The notes: a model not told the origin generated them from the letters alone. 64,000 nucleotides of DNA from Spirochaetia bacterium (GCA_963668315.1 OY764216.1:224001-288000); one strand, 5' to 3'; shown: positions 8,301-19,598, counted from the stretch's first letter. Made by a program: numbers and translations.

Positions 8301-10388
8301 ATGAATAAGCGCAACTCGATACAAATAGTCATTACCGGAGCGGTTCTTCTGGGGCTGGCCGTGATCTTTGTCACCCTGACACTGATCAGCAGTCTGGTGG
8401 CGTCTCAGGTTATCGGTCAGATTGAGACCGAAAACCTGATCTCGGAAACGGAAGACCTCTCCATAAAACTTTCAGATCAGCTGGAACTGGAATCCACCAG
8501 GGTTGAACTTCTCAGCCACAGTCATGCCGTTATCAACAGCCTGGCAACCGACGACCCATCCCCATCCAATCAGATACTGACAAGGGAAGCGGAGAAAAAC
8601 CCCTACATTGACTCGATATTTCTCATTAAATCAGACGGTATCGTCTGGTCGAGCAACCAGCCGAAGGCCATCGGGATGGATCTGCATAACGAGCCTTTCT
8701 TCACCGACTTCATCAATATGCCCGAGGACATTTACATAGATCAGTCTCTTGTTCTCTCCCCCATAACCGGACATGTACTTACCAGTGCGGTCAAGGTAAT
8801 CCAGGAGAGTTCCGGCCGCAGGACGCTGCTTGTCAGCAGTCTGGATATGACGGTCCTCTTCGGAGAAAGGATTCTCAACAGGACGTATGGAGAGGAGGGA
8901 TATCCGCTTATCTTCACGGATAAGGGAGTTGTGGCCGGTCATCACGATGAAGATCTGATACTTACCGATCAGTCGGCCAACACAGAAAGCTTTATTTCCC
9001 AGGTTCTCAAGGAAAAACAGGCTGAGGGAAATCTGATATTCGACGGTCCCGACGGAGGAGAGTATGTGTTCTATCAGAAGCTTGATCTCGTTCCCTGGTT
9101 TGCCGCCGTGACCATTTCCGACCGGGATATGCACAGCCGGACGGCCTATCTGGTGAATCGCATGATAATAATAAGTGGCCTATCCTGCCTGATCCTCCTC
9201 CTGCTGCTTACCCAGATTATTCGGGGCTTCATCATCAAGAGGATAGCCAGACTGGATAATCACCTGAATGTGATTGCCCGGGGAGATCTAACCCAGCGGG
9301 TGCAGATACGAAGAAAAGATGAGATCGCCTCTATCTATAAAAGCACCAATTTCCTTCTGGAAAGCTTCTCTTCCTTTCTGATTAATTTGAAGAACCGAAT
9401 CAGCCGGATTGATGAATCGAGCCTGGAAATGAGTTCGGGAATCACCGAAACCGCCGCCTCGATAAACCAGATCACAAGCAATGTCCAAAGCATCCAGAAG
9501 CAGATGGAAGGCCAGTCGGCCAGCACCAGCCAGGCGGCCGCCGCCGTCGAAGAGCTTACCCGGAATATCGATCTCCTCAATAACGGGATACAGGAACAGT
9601 CCTCCAGCATCAGCCAGTCCTCCGCCGCCATTGAACAGATGATGGGTAATATCAATTCCGTGACAAATACCCTTAATCAGGCAGCAGACAAAGTGGGAAA
9701 TATGACGACGTCTTCCGCTAAAGGCAAAGATTCGATGGAGGAAGTCCTTTCTATTGTCAAAAGGATAGCAACCGACTCGGACCAGCTGGTCCAGGCCAAC
9801 AGCCTCATAAACAATATTGCCAGCCAGACCAATCTTCTCTCCATGAATGCCGCCATCGAAGCGGCCCACGCGGGGGAAGCGGGAAAAGGGTTTTCTGTCG
9901 TAGCCGATGAAATCAGGAAACTGGCAGAAGAATCCACAGCCCAGTCCAAGGAAGTCAGTTCAAATCTGAACCTTATCATCAGTTCGATAAACCGTGTCCT
10001 CGAGGCGACGGAGAATAATGTGGCCGAGTTTGAGTCAATGACTCAATCCGTGACGGAAGTGGAAGATATTTTCCGGATGATTGACGGCTCCATGAAGGAA
10101 CTCAACACCGGTTCGTCCCAGATCCTGGAAGGCCTGGCCCATATGAAGGATATCTCCTCCCACGTTACCACCGGGTCGGAGGAGATGAAAAACGGGAACC
10201 GACAGATTCTGGAAACGGTGGAACACCTCCAGGATATCAGCGGGCAGACCATATCTGCCATATCAGAGATATCCCTGGGCATCAAAGAGATTAATAACGC
10301 GATTGTGGAGCAGGAAGAATTAAGCAGAAACAACAGCGATCAGGTTTCTGAAATACTCAGGGAATCGGAACAGTTTAAAACGGAATAG
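8301..10388 (+). CDS. Methyl-accepting chemotaxis protein (TM-dCache-TM-HAMP-signalling)
   Basis: [38 protein letters not shown] hairpin tip; two TM helices; HAMP motif GDLT...DEI. Confidence 0.95.
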   Translation: MNKRNSIQIVITGAVLLGLAVIFVTLTLISSLVASQVIGQIETENLISETEDLSIKLSDQLELESTRVELLSHSHAVINSLATDDPSPSNQILTREAEKNPYIDSIFLIKSDGIVWSSNQPKAIGMDLHNEPFFTDFINMPEDIYIDQSLVLSPITGHVLTSAVKVIQESSGRRTLLVSSLDMTVLFGERILNRTYGEEGYPLIFTDKGVVAGHHDEDLILTDQSANTESFISQVLKEKQAEGNLIFDGPDGGEYVFYQKLDLVPWFAAVTISDRDMHSRTAYLVNRMIIISGLSCLILLLLLTQIIRGFIIKRIARLDNHLNVIARGDLTQRVQIRRKDEIASIYKSTNFLLESFSSFLINLKNRISRIDESSLEMSSGITETAASINQITSNVQSIQKQMEGQSASTSQAAAAVEELTRNIDLLNNGIQEQSSSISQSSAAIEQMMGNINSVTNTLNQAADKVGNMTTSSAKGKDSMEEVLSIVKRIATDSDQLVQANSLINNIASQTNLLSMNAAIEAAHAGEAGKGFSVVADEIRKLAEESTAQSKEVSSNLNLIISSINRVLEATENNVAEFESMTQSVTEVEDIFRMIDGSMKELNTGSSQILEGLAHMKDISSHVTTGSEEMKNGNRQILETVEHLQDISGQTISAISEISLGIKEINNAIVEQEELSRNNSDQVSEILRESEQFKTE

Positions 10389-10412
10389 CCGCCCGTTCCA
10401 GGCGGCCAGCTC

Positions 10413-12503
10413 CTACAGACCGGTCTCCCTCAGGAGGTACTCATAAACATCGTTCTGAGACCGGTTGGGGTCGTCATTATCCCTCCGGTAATCATTCTTA
10501 AGCTCCGGATCCAGTATCCGGGCTTTCTGATTATCCCTCCACTGGATATCGAAGATATCCTTGAGAAGCTTTTTCAGGTTATCCTGGTAAACGGGACAGG
10601 TGACTTCCACTCTGCGGTCGATATTCCGGCTCAGCCAGTCGGCCGACGTGATAAAGGTCACTCTCTCCCCCCCGTGGCGGAAGATGAAAAAGCGGGCGTG
10701 TTCCAGGTATTTGTCCACGATACTTATGGCCTTGATATTCTCGCTCCAGCCCTTCTGCCCGGGAATCAGGGAAAAACGTCCCCGGCCGATGATCTTGATT
10801 TTCACGCCTTCATTACTGGCCTCGTACAGCTTCTTGATCATTCCCTCGTCGCTGAGGTTATTTAGTTTCAGATGGATATAGGCCCTCTCCCCCTTCCTGG
10901 CGAATTCGATCTCATCATCTATCAGCTCACACATCCGCTGCCGGAAGTTATAGGGGCTCACCACAATATGGCGGTTCCTTCTGTGCCGGTAATTGTTCTC
11001 GAAGAAATCGAAAAGGGCCGCCACTTCATCGGTGATGCGGGAGTCGGCGGTCAGTAGGAAACAGTCGGTGTACAGGGCGGCGGTATTCTCATTCATGTTG
11101 CCCGTACCCACCCCGCAGTAACGTACCAGGGAACCCCTTTCCCATCGCTCTATGACAAAGGTCTTGGAATGAACTTTCAGCCCCTCCACACCGAATATGA
11201 CTTTGACGTCGTTCTCCCTCAGAATATTCGCCCAGTAGAGGTTGTTCTCTTCGTCAAACCGGGCCTGAAGCTCAAGGACGACAACCACTTCCTTGCGGTT
11301 CTTCCGGGCATTAATGAGGGCATTCACCACACTGGAGAAGTCGGCTACCCGGTAGAGGGTAATCTTAATGCTGTCCACATTGGAATCCATGGAGGCGGCA
11401 CGCAGAAGATCGATAATGATGCCGAAACTGTGATAGGGAAAGTACAGCAGGGAATCCTTTGACCGTATGGCGGAGAAAATGTTCTTTCCCCGGGGAAAGT
11501 TCCTGTGTTCAATCGAATCATTAGTCTCGGAACAGGGCAGGTTCAGAAGCTTCGGAAGGGCGCTCATGTCCCGCAGATAGTGGTATCTACCGCCGGAAGT
11601 GATGGTATCGTACTTGCGGAACCGCATCTTGCGTGTGAAAAAGGTCAGAAGCTCTTCGGGCATTTTTCTGTCATAGAGAAACCAGACGGCCCTCCCCTCT
11701 TTGCGCTTCTGGAGACTCTCGTTAATCTTGTTCATATAACTGGTTTCCAGGTCGGAGTCGTCTATATACAGCTCCGAATCCTGAACGACCTTGATATTCC
11801 AGGCCCGAAAGGTATTGTATTTCTTATCAAGATTGGAAAAAATGACCGGCAGCCCTTCCCGTACAATATCATCTATCCATATAACCCGGGTCGATTTTCC
11901 GGTGGAAGGTAAAACGACGAAACGGGGAAGCACCTTGGTCGGGATTTCGATAATGCTGTACTTGGGATTCTGCTTGGTCCTGTTTTTCCGGGAGAGCTCG
12001 ACGGTAAGATAGAGAGACTTGTCCTTGAGGTCGGGCAGACGGTAGCGGGCATCGAGCATGATAGGGAAAATCTTATTACGCACTTCCCTGTCAAAATAGT
12101 TCCTTACAAAGGCCCTCTCCTCGTCATTGAGCCTCGTCTCGTCCACCAGATAGATGCCCAGTTCTTCCAGCTCTTTCATAATGGCCAGGGAGATATCGTT
12201 GAACTTGCCCCTCTGAATCGCCACCATTTCCTGGATCTTTTCCATGGCCTTATCGGGGGATTCTTTCAGCAGTTCCTCTCCCATTTTCCCCATTTGACAG
12301 AAACGGCGCACCATGGCCACGCGTACGCGGAAGAACTCATCCAGATTGGATGAATAGATTCCCAGGAATTTAATCCGTTCTCCGATGGGATTTCTGAAGT
12401 CCTCCGCTTCCTGAAGAACCCGCTCATTGAAGCTCAGCCAGCTTACTTCTTTATTGATAAAAGGATATTTCCTCGTTTTTTCTTTTACTTTCTTATGATT
12501 CAC
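10413..12503 (-). CDS. ppk1: Polyphosphate kinase 1
   Basis: SWLSFNERVL, SSNLDEFFRVRVA, ELQARFDEENN, LKVHSK and YLEHAR motifs. Confidence 0.97.
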   Translation of the reverse strand: MNHKKVKEKTRKYPFINKEVSWLSFNERVLQEAEDFRNPIGERIKFLGIYSSNLDEFFRVRVAMVRRFCQMGKMGEELLKESPDKAMEKIQEMVAIQRGKFNDISLAIMKELEELGIYLVDETRLNDEERAFVRNYFDREVRNKIFPIMLDARYRLPDLKDKSLYLTVELSRKNRTKQNPKYSIIEIPTKVLPRFVVLPSTGKSTRVIWIDDIVREGLPVIFSNLDKKYNTFRAWNIKVVQDSELYIDDSDLETSYMNKINESLQKRKEGRAVWFLYDRKMPEELLTFFTRKMRFRKYDTITSGGRYHYLRDMSALPKLLNLPCSETNDSIEHRNFPRGKNIFSAIRSKDSLLYFPYHSFGIIIDLLRAASMDSNVDSIKITLYRVADFSSVVNALINARKNRKEVVVVLELQARFDEENNLYWANILRENDVKVIFGVEGLKVHSKTFVIERWERGSLVRYCGVGTGNMNENTAALYTDCFLLTADSRITDEVAALFDFFENNYRHRRNRHIVVSPYNFRQRMCELIDDEIEFARKGERAYIHLKLNNLSDEGMIKKLYEASNEGVKIKIIGRGRFSLIPGQKGWSENIKAISIVDKYLEHARFFIFRHGGERVTFITSADWLSRNIDRRVEVTCPVYQDNLKKLLKDIFDIQWRDNQKARILDPELKNDYRRDNDDPNRSQNDVYEYLLRETGL

Positions 12504-12656
12504 GAAACAGCTCCACTTCTATTGTAACATAATTCTCATCTCTGTGCCCGGTAAAACCGGGATTCCTCTCCGGATTTTTCCCGGAAACCGTTCATTAAAC
12601 GAGTAAGAATCTTAACGGAGCGCTGAAAAAATCCCGTCCACGTCAATCCCCTTGAA

Positions 12657-12672
12657 ATATATGTACATATAT
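12657..12672. promoter_or_regulatory. Perfect 16-bp palindrome, putative repressor operator
   Basis: ATATATGTACATATAT directly after a TTGAAA -35-like hexamer upstream of the aldo/keto reductase. Confidence 0.55.
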
Positions 12673-12719
12673 GGCATAAGTATCAGATAAAGGCGATTTG
12701 CCGCAACAGGGGAAATGAG

Positions 12720-13823
12720 ATGAAATACGTGCAATACGGTAACAAGGGAATAGAAGTATCCCGCATTGGCTTCGGCGGAATGAGATTTGAAAATCCCGAA
12801 GATATCGACGGTTCGGCCGAGACGGTTCTCCATGCTTTTGAGAAGGGCATTACCTATTTTGATACGGCCCCGGGCTACTGCAACGACAAATCGGAAATCA
12901 TCGTGGGCACCGCCGTCAAAGAGATGAAAAAGACCGGAAAACCTTTTTACCTCTCCAGCAAAAGCAACAATCCCGACGGCAAGATCTTCCGGGAGGAACT
13001 GGAACGGACCTTGAAACGGCTGAATGTGGACCAGATCGACTTCTACAACATCTGGTATGTTAAATCCCTGGACGAATGGCGCGGACGGGTGGAAGGGGGC
13101 GCCGTCAGGGAAATCCTCAAAGCCAAGGAAGAGGGGCTGATCCGCTTTTCCAACTACACCTCCCACCAGCCCGGCTGGGAGATTGCCGAAATCATCAGGG
13201 AGAATCCCTGGCTGGACGGGATGACCCTGGGCTACAACGCCACCAACTTCGCCCACCGCCTGGAGGGTATCCGCGCCGCCCACGCCGCCGGCATGGGAAC
13301 CGCCCTGATGAATCCCCTGGGAGGGGGCATGATCCCCCAGAACCCCCAGGCCTTCGAATTCATCCGTGTCCACGAGAACCAGTCCATCGTGGAAGCGGCC
13401 ATCCACTTCTGCATGGCCACCGAAGAGGCTACCCTCCCCCTCATCGGCTTCCGCAACAAGTCCGACGTGGATGACGCCATCCGGGCCGAAGAATCCTTCA
13501 TCGACTATACGGCCGAAGAGATGGAAGAGATCAAGGGCCACATAGAGGAGAGCTTCGACGCCCTCTGCACCACCTGCGGATACTGCAAGAACTGTCCCGT
13601 GGACATCCCCGTGTGGGCCTTCATGGAGACGGCCAACGCCCTCTTTATCAAAACCGAAGGTCCCGCGGCGAACCGGCTCAAGTACCACTGGGCCACCTCC
13701 ATCGACCTGCTCGACACCTGTATCGAATGCCGCAAATGCGAGCGGGCCTGCACCCAGAAACTGCCCATTCTCGAACGGTTCGATAAACTCAGAGAACTGG
13801 TGGCATCGGAAGCCGCCGAATAA
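12720..13823 (+). CDS. Aldo/keto reductase with C-terminal 4Fe-4S dicluster domain
   Basis: VSRIGFGGMRF and YFDTAPGY; CTTCGYCKNCP and CIECRKCERAC. Confidence 0.92.
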   Translation: MKYVQYGNKGIEVSRIGFGGMRFENPEDIDGSAETVLHAFEKGITYFDTAPGYCNDKSEIIVGTAVKEMKKTGKPFYLSSKSNNPDGKIFREELERTLKRLNVDQIDFYNIWYVKSLDEWRGRVEGGAVREILKAKEEGLIRFSNYTSHQPGWEIAEIIRENPWLDGMTLGYNATNFAHRLEGIRAAHAAGMGTALMNPLGGGMIPQNPQAFEFIRVHENQSIVEAAIHFCMATEEATLPLIGFRNKSDVDDAIRAEESFIDYTAEEMEEIKGHIEESFDALCTTCGYCKNCPVDIPVWAFMETANALFIKTEGPAANRLKYHWATSIDLLDTCIECRKCERACTQKLPILERFDKLRELVASEAAE

Positions 13824-13831
13824 GAGGAAAA

Positions 13832-13855
13832 TCCCGTCTTTTAAAAAAGGCGGGA
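13832..13855. terminator. Hairpin after aldo/keto reductase
   Basis: tcccgtctttt-aa-aaaaggcggga; no U-tail on the plus strand. Confidence 0.4.
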
Positions 13856-13954
13856 CCGGCGCTCCAATCTCTTTTCCCTACGGATCAGCCCTTGAAAAAA
13901 ACCGGTAAATCCTCAATAATGCATTTTAACGTAACGAATACACAGGAGATACCC

Positions 13955-15265
13955 ATGTCCAAAAAAATCGGCATAGCCATCGTCGGCTGCGGTACCGTCG
14001 GAGGAGCCACGGCCAAACTGCTGACCGAAGATATCGACTTTATTAATAAAAGATCCGGACTGAATCTGGAGCTCACCGCCATTGTGGACCGGGATGCGGC
14101 TCCTCTTGCCAGAATGGGACTGGATACGGCTCTTTTCGAGCCGGAATTCCAGAAGGTACTGGATAATAACGAGATCAGAATCGTCGTGGAACTGGTCGGC
14201 GGTCTTACCATTGCCAAACAGTTTATCGAAAAGGCCCTGAAGGCAGGAAAGCACGTTGTCACGGCAAACAAGGCCCTTCTGGCCCACTACGGAAAGGAAC
14301 TTTTCGCCCTGGCCCGGGAAAAAAACGTTGCCATAGGCTTCGAAGCCAGCTGCGGCGGCGGAATCCCCATCATAAAAGCGCTGACCGACGGTCTTCTGGC
14401 GAACCGGATAGATGCTTTCTTCGGGATCGTCAACGGAACCTGTAACTATATCCTCACGGAAATGACCGAAAAGGGGCAATCCTACAAGGAAGCTCTGGGA
14501 GCGGCCCAGAAACAGGGCCTTGCCGAGGCCGATCCCACACTGGATGTAAACGGCATGGATTCCGCCCATAAACTGACGATCATGAGCAGCCTGTCCTACA
14601 GCGAGAATGTCTGTCTGGAAAACCTTTCCGTCCATGGTATCGACAAACTGGAAAAAGTCGATGTGGAGATGGGAAAAGACCTCGGCTACGTTGTGAAGCT
14701 CCTTGCCGCGGCAAGACAGACCCCGCAGGGGCTGGATCTTTCCGTATCGCCCTGTTTCATAAGCACGGACCACCCTCTGGCCAGAGTCTCCGGACCTTTC
14801 AATGCTATCAGCGTCTACGGACACGCCGTGGGCCACACCATGTATTACGGCCGCGGTGCGGGCGGTTCCCCCACGGCATCGGCCGTGTCCGCCGATATCC
14901 TCTCCCTGGCCCTGGGAATCACCCAGAAATCCTTTGAGAGCCTTACCTGCTGGCCCGACCTGACGCCCGAGGCAAAGCTGATAGACAGGAATGACTCGGT
15001 CAACCGTTACTACCTCAGACTGGTAACCGATGACAAGCCCGGAGTGGTTTCCCATATCTCCACCCTGCTCAGCGACAAGGGGATCAGCATCAGTTCCATG
15101 CTCCAGAAGGAAGCCAGAGAACCGGTTACCCTGGTCATAACAACACATGAGGCCCGGGAAGGAGACATCCTTGAAGTTCTGAAATCCCTGGAGCAGCTTT
15201 CCGAAATACGGGAAAAGCCGGTCTATATAAAGATTATAGAAGAGCATAAGGAAACAATCGCCTGA
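13955..15265 (+). CDS. hom: Homoserine dehydrogenase with C-terminal ACT domain
   Basis: GCGTVG, HVVTANKA, FEASCGGGIP, NGTCNYIL and AEADPTLDV motifs; ACT DKPGV; SD AGGAG before ATG 13955. Confidence 0.96.
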   Translation: MSKKIGIAIVGCGTVGGATAKLLTEDIDFINKRSGLNLELTAIVDRDAAPLARMGLDTALFEPEFQKVLDNNEIRIVVELVGGLTIAKQFIEKALKAGKHVVTANKALLAHYGKELFALAREKNVAIGFEASCGGGIPIIKALTDGLLANRIDAFFGIVNGTCNYILTEMTEKGQSYKEALGAAQKQGLAEADPTLDVNGMDSAHKLTIMSSLSYSENVCLENLSVHGIDKLEKVDVEMGKDLGYVVKLLAAARQTPQGLDLSVSPCFISTDHPLARVSGPFNAISVYGHAVGHTMYYGRGAGGSPTASAVSADILSLALGITQKSFESLTCWPDLTPEAKLIDRNDSVNRYYLRLVTDDKPGVVSHISTLLSDKGISISSMLQKEAREPVTLVITTHEAREGDILEVLKSLEQLSEIREKPVYIKIIEEHKETIA

Positions 15266-15271
15266 TTTTTC

Positions 15272-15310
15272 GAGGCGGTTCTGGGCCTCTCGCGCTCCCT
15301 GAACCGCCTC
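15272..15310. terminator. Stem-loop after hom
   Basis: gaggcggttc...gaaccgcctc 10-bp stem. Confidence 0.45.
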
Positions 15311-15335
15311 TCAAGATTGTTCGTTCATGTTTCAC

Positions 15336-15363
15336 TCAATTTTATCCCCCTATCTGCCGAAAA
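15336..15363 (+). promoter_or_regulatory. Candidate sigma28 (FliA) promoter
   Basis: TCAA-16-GCCGAAAA versus consensus TAAA-15/16-GCCGATAA. Confidence 0.45.
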
Positions 15364-15409
15364 AAATAATGAGATAAAATGAATTACAAAAAGGGGGACT
15401 ATCTCAACT

Positions 15410-15703
15410 ATGGAAAATGATTTCGAACAGGAAAGCGGCAAAATATATTGCGCGAACTGTGTACATTGCAAGTTAATGAGGACGCCGACCGGGTCTAATC
15501 AGTATCAGCTCAGAGTCCGTTGTGCTGCGGGAATGTGGAAGAAGAAACTGGGAGAGGAGAAATTCTACAAGTATTTCACCGTGGCCAGAAGAAGTCTTAC
15601 CACCTGTGATGAATATGAGCCGATGGGCGACGCCAAGCACTTTATAAAAGAACTGAAGAAGACCCTTCCCATAAAGGATGAGGTTTACGCAGAAAATTAC
15701 TGA
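15410..15703 (+). CDS. Small spirochaete-type Cys-rich hypothetical protein
   Basis: CANCVHC plus two further Cys; SD GGGGGA; resembles a conserved treponemal hypothetical (from memory). Confidence 0.8.
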   Translation: MENDFEQESGKIYCANCVHCKLMRTPTGSNQYQLRVRCAAGMWKKKLGEEKFYKYFTVARRSLTTCDEYEPMGDAKHFIKELKKTLPIKDEVYAENY

Positions 15704-15786
15704 ACATTTCTTTCTTCCGTTTCTCCTCAAGTTCAACCAGCTTGAAGTAATTCAGCCTATGGTTTAGAATACCGGGAGAAACGGAA

Positions 15787-16272
15787 ATGAGGAATTCAAT
15801 GATAAAAAAGATTCTACTGTCTGCCGCAACAATTCTACTTCTCAATTCATGTATGTCCTACAATGCCAGTCTGCAGGAGGACTGGACGGAAGAACAGTTT
15901 TTTAAGACAGCCCAGCAGGCATATGATCAGGATCACCTTGATGAAGCTCTGTTTTATTATGAGGTTTATCTTCTCCGTTACCCCCAGAATTACCAGAAAG
16001 GGATAGCGGCAGAATACGAAAGGGCTTATATCCATTATAAAAAGAAGGATTATTCCCAGGCTCGGGCCTATCTGAAGGGCATACTTGATAAGTATGATTC
16101 CAGTCCCTATGCCTACCTTTATCCCCAGGCATACCGGGTTCTATCCGAAAAAGTCCTCCAGGAACTGGAAGAACGGGATGCGATAAGGGAGCTGCCCTTT
16201 TTCGAGAGGGGCCGTGCCAGAAAATTCGGCATTGAAAGCCTGGAAGGCAATACAGAAGACCAGCCATCCTGA
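15787..16272 (+). CDS. TPR lipoprotein, BamD-like
   Basis: Lipobox LLLNSC; TPR-like AQQAYD...ALFYYE...AEYERAYIHY. Start may be 15799. Confidence 0.7.
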   Translation: MRNSMIKKILLSAATILLLNSCMSYNASLQEDWTEEQFFKTAQQAYDQDHLDEALFYYEVYLLRYPQNYQKGIAAEYERAYIHYKKKDYSQARAYLKGILDKYDSSPYAYLYPQAYRVLSEKVLQELEERDAIRELPFFERGRARKFGIESLEGNTEDQPS

Positions 16273-16353
16273 GAGGGACAGCGCGCTTATAACGGCAAAC
16301 CGGAGCCATTTCCCACGGGAAACGCTCCGGCAGTACCAAGGGACGTTCCCGTC

Positions 16354-17187
16354 CTATTTCAGTAAATCATCCAGTGCATTATGGCTCTTGTTAAGAACCT
16401 CGGTCATCGTATTGGAATCCTTCACCAGATTATCCACATTAATGAGTGAGTTCATTGCCATCTGAATGGCCTGGCTCTGTTCCTGGATGGATATGACAAT
16501 CTGGCCGACTTGAGAGGCCGTCTCATCGGCGGTAATTTTATTCTCGCCGAAGACTTTCTGCACCTCTTCCAAAGCCATTGAGAACTCTTTCATGTTCACC
16601 ATGAAGTTGTTCAGCTCCAGACTCATATCCTTGAGGGTGGACATAAAATCGCCCATATCGCTGGTAATCTGATCGGCAAAATTATGTGTCTTCTGGGCGA
16701 GATTTCTTACTTCTCCCGCCACGATTCGGAAACCCCGCCCCGCTTCTCCCGCCCGAGCGGCTTCTATGGAGGCATTAATGGCCAGAACGTTAGTTTCCTC
16801 AGCCACATCCTGAATGTCTCCTGAAATCGTCTTAATACTTTCCGACCGCTGCTGCAGGACGGTAAATCCCTTCTGAATATCTCCCGCTCTGGCCCTGGTG
16901 GCCTCCAGATTCTCCGTGGTACTGTCGATGGTCCCGCTGACCGTACTGGTTCGTTCCACCAGAGTACCCATGGATTTTTCGATGGCAGCCGTATTGTTGG
17001 AGGAGGACTGGGCCGTGGCGCTTATCTCTTCGACCGCAGCCAGAACGTCATCCAGGGAACCGGAAATATTATCCATATTCGTCCGGATGATCCCCATAGA
17101 AGACCGGGAAACCGTATTCAGGACCTGTCCTTTGTTGTAACCGATAACAAACCGGTCTATTACATTCTTGAGTTCCTGCTGTGTCAT
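16354..17187 (-). CDS. Soluble (TM-less) methyl-accepting chemotaxis protein
   Basis: [37 protein letters not shown]; no TM segment or sensor domain. Confidence 0.9.
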   Translation of the reverse strand: MTQQELKNVIDRFVIGYNKGQVLNTVSRSSMGIIRTNMDNISGSLDDVLAAVEEISATAQSSSNNTAAIEKSMGTLVERTSTVSGTIDSTTENLEATRARAGDIQKGFTVLQQRSESIKTISGDIQDVAEETNVLAINASIEAARAGEAGRGFRIVAGEVRNLAQKTHNFADQITSDMGDFMSTLKDMSLELNNFMVNMKEFSMALEEVQKVFGENKITADETASQVGQIVISIQEQSQAIQMAMNSLINVDNLVKDSNTMTEVLNKSHNALDDLLK

Positions 17188-17188
17188 A

Positions 17189-17956
17189 TTATGTCCGTCC
17201 GTACCATGAATCCAGCAGGTCCGTTCCGCATTCCAGATTTTCCAGCCAGCTCAGAAAAATCCGGGCACTTTCGTTCCTGAAGAGAGGACCATGCTGGGGG
17301 GCGATTATCGTCGGCTCGAGGGGCCTTACCATGTTTACCCAGCGGGCACAGACCTTACGGCTGTTCATATAGCGTTTGTGAAAACCGGTGAGAGCCCCCT
17401 TATGGGCTTCAAAATCATCGGCAAATAGGGTATCTCCGTCATAGGCCATATCGGCGGCACCGATGTCACCGGTAAAGACGATGGATGATTCGGGATCATA
17501 TAGGGAGTAACAGCCCACGGAATGCATAAAATGGGAGGGAATGACCTTCAGGGAGTATCCCCCTACTTCCAGTTTCATCCGCTCTTCTGAGATGGGGGTA
17601 ATCCTGCTGTTGTCCACGAGCCCGAAATGGGGTAGAAATCTTGTCCATAAATGGGATATATAGATCTGGGCTTTACAGATACCCATCCAGAGAGCGATAC
17701 CGGAAGAGACATCCGGATCCTGATGGGAATAGAAAATGGCTTCAATATTGTCCATGGGAATATGCTGGCTCACAGAGGAGACCACCCGTGAAAACAGATG
17801 TAATCCGCCCGGATCCAGCAATATTCCCTTACCGTTATGTATTATAAGAAACTGATTGGTGCGTATGACGCCTTTTTCTTCCTGCTCATCCGCGCCAAGC
17901 CAGATAAATTTATGGCTATCCGACTCAAATAGGACTTTTGAACTGCTTGAAGACAT
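17189..17956 (-). CDS. Oxygen-binding di-iron protein (ODP), MBL fold
   Basis: SHQDPD, HFMH, TGDIG and PQHG ligand motifs; no flavodoxin domain; 1 nt upstream of the soluble MCP. Confidence 0.85.
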   Translation of the reverse strand: MSSSSSKVLFESDSHKFIWLGADEQEEKGVIRTNQFLIIHNGKGILLDPGGLHLFSRVVSSVSQHIPMDNIEAIFYSHQDPDVSSGIALWMGICKAQIYISHLWTRFLPHFGLVDNSRITPISEERMKLEVGGYSLKVIPSHFMHSVGCYSLYDPESSIVFTGDIGAADMAYDGDTLFADDFEAHKGALTGFHKRYMNSRKVCARWVNMVRPLEPTIIAPQHGPLFRNESARIFLSWLENLECGTDLLDSWYGRT

Positions 17957-17985
17957 GATAATTCTCCTAGAATATTATGTCATTA

Positions 17986-18014
17986 AGTTTAGACTTTGGA
18001 AGTTTCCGTGTCAA
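17986..18014 (-). promoter_or_regulatory. sigma70 promoter of ODP-MCP operon
   Basis: TTGACA-17-TAAACT; SD AGGAG before ATG 17956. Confidence 0.75.
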
Positions 18015-18059
18015 TCAAATAATTTTTCTATGCCAATCGGTATCTTCTGTTTTTGCCCT

Positions 18060-19352
18060 TCAGAATGTACGGCGCAGGAAAGATTCAACCTCTTCTACCC
18101 GATTCTCCACGAGAACGGCCTTCTTCTCCTTTTCCAGAAGACTGCTCAATGCGGGAGGAAGCTCCGGCTTGATTCCCAGTACCTTGTCCACCACTTCGGT
18201 AAACTTCCCGGGATGAGCCGTAGAGAGGGTGATAATCGGGGATTTCTCCCCCTTATCCCGGTATTTTTCAGCGGCAAGATAACCAACGGCCGTATGGGGA
18301 CACATCAGGTAGCCGTAATCCTTGTAGATACGTTTCATTGTTTCTTCCGTATCTGCGTCGGTAATCCAGTCCCCGCTGATCTGGCGCCTGAAATTTTCCA
18401 CATCCCTCTCATATAGGGTTTCCATGCGCTCATAATTGCTCGGGGCCCCCACATCCATGGCGTTGGAGTGGGTGGAGACGGAAGGTCGGGGCTTATAGAT
18501 TCCCGTTTCAAGGAATTCGGGGACTACACTATTCGCATTGGTGGCCGCTATAAATCTTTTTACCGGAAGCCCCCAGTCGGCAGCATAAAGTCCTGCGGTG
18601 ATATTTCCGAAATTCCCGCTGGGAACGCAAAAGACAGGGTTCTCAGAGCACTGCATCCGAGCCCAGACGTAATAGAATGACTGGGGAAAGAGCCGGCCGA
18701 TGTTAATGGAATTAGCCGATGACAGACCGAACTCTTTTTTAAGGGGGGCATTGTTAAAGGCTTCCTTAACCATCCGCTGGCAATCGTCAAATGATCCTTT
18801 TACCTCCAGGGCATGTATATTCCCCCCCAATGTGGTCAGCTGCTTCTCCTGAAGAGGACTGACCCGGCCGGAGGGGTAAAGAATAATGACGTCAATGTTT
18901 TCCTTGCCGTAGAAAGCACGGGCGACTGCACTGCCCGTGTCCCCCGAAGTGGCGGTCAGAATAATGGCCCGCTCTTTACCGTCCTTCAAAAACTCTTCCA
19001 TGGAAGAGGCCAGGAAGGAGGCACCGAAATCCTTAAACGCACAGGTGGGCCCGTGGAAGAGCTCCATAACCTTGATATTCTGCCCGACATCGGTCAGAAC
19101 CGGCTCAAAGTCGAAAGCGCGGGACACGATTCTTTCAGCGCCTTCCCTGTCTGTTTCATTCTTCAGAAAAGCGGCCGTCATCTCTGTTGCTATCGTATTA
19201 AAAGGAGTGGTAGTGTCAAACTGTTCATAAAGGCGGGTGAAGTCGATCGGTTCCGCGGGATAGTATAATCCCCCGTCCGGAGCCAACCCGATAAAGATGG
19301 CATCCTTGAAACTGGCCGATACATCGCTGCTTCTTGTACTCTTTAATAACAT
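18060..19352 (-). CDS. thrC: Threonine synthase
   Basis: GLAPDGGLY, ELFHGPTCAFKD (PLP Lys), ATSGDTG and VPSGNFGN motifs. Confidence 0.97.
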   Translation of the reverse strand: MLLKSTRSSDVSASFKDAIFIGLAPDGGLYYPAEPIDFTRLYEQFDTTTPFNTIATEMTAAFLKNETDREGAERIVSRAFDFEPVLTDVGQNIKVMELFHGPTCAFKDFGASFLASSMEEFLKDGKERAIILTATSGDTGSAVARAFYGKENIDVIILYPSGRVSPLQEKQLTTLGGNIHALEVKGSFDDCQRMVKEAFNNAPLKKEFGLSSANSINIGRLFPQSFYYVWARMQCSENPVFCVPSGNFGNITAGLYAADWGLPVKRFIAATNANSVVPEFLETGIYKPRPSVSTHSNAMDVGAPSNYERMETLYERDVENFRRQISGDWITDADTEETMKRIYKDYGYLMCPHTAVGYLAAEKYRDKGEKSPIITLSTAHPGKFTEVVDKVLGIKPELPPALSSLLEKEKKAVLVENRVEEVESFLRRTF

Positions 19353-19598
19353 GTTTCACTAACTCCTTTTTCCGGGAATGCAATATCTCCGGAGTAAAGG
19401 AATTATCCCTATTTTACCTGATTTAATCAAGCCGATAGCTTATCCTTATGCAAAGGGCGGGAACGGAAAAAGAAGGAATATACCCGGGAATACATCACGG
19501 CATAGGCGATTATTCAAAGAAATGAAAAAACCCTTGTGATCTTTGGATTTCCCCGTTATTATGGAAAAAATCTGCAGTCAGATCAGAGGAGTACCATT

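Noticed and set aside
17955..17990. Fur box at the ODP promoter
   Set aside because: Only a half-site (TGATAAT) overlapping the SD and start codon; too weak to call.
19353..19535. Thr leader peptide or T-box upstream of thrC (also checked hom)
   Set aside because: No Thr/Ile-rich uORF, T-box motif or leader terminator found.
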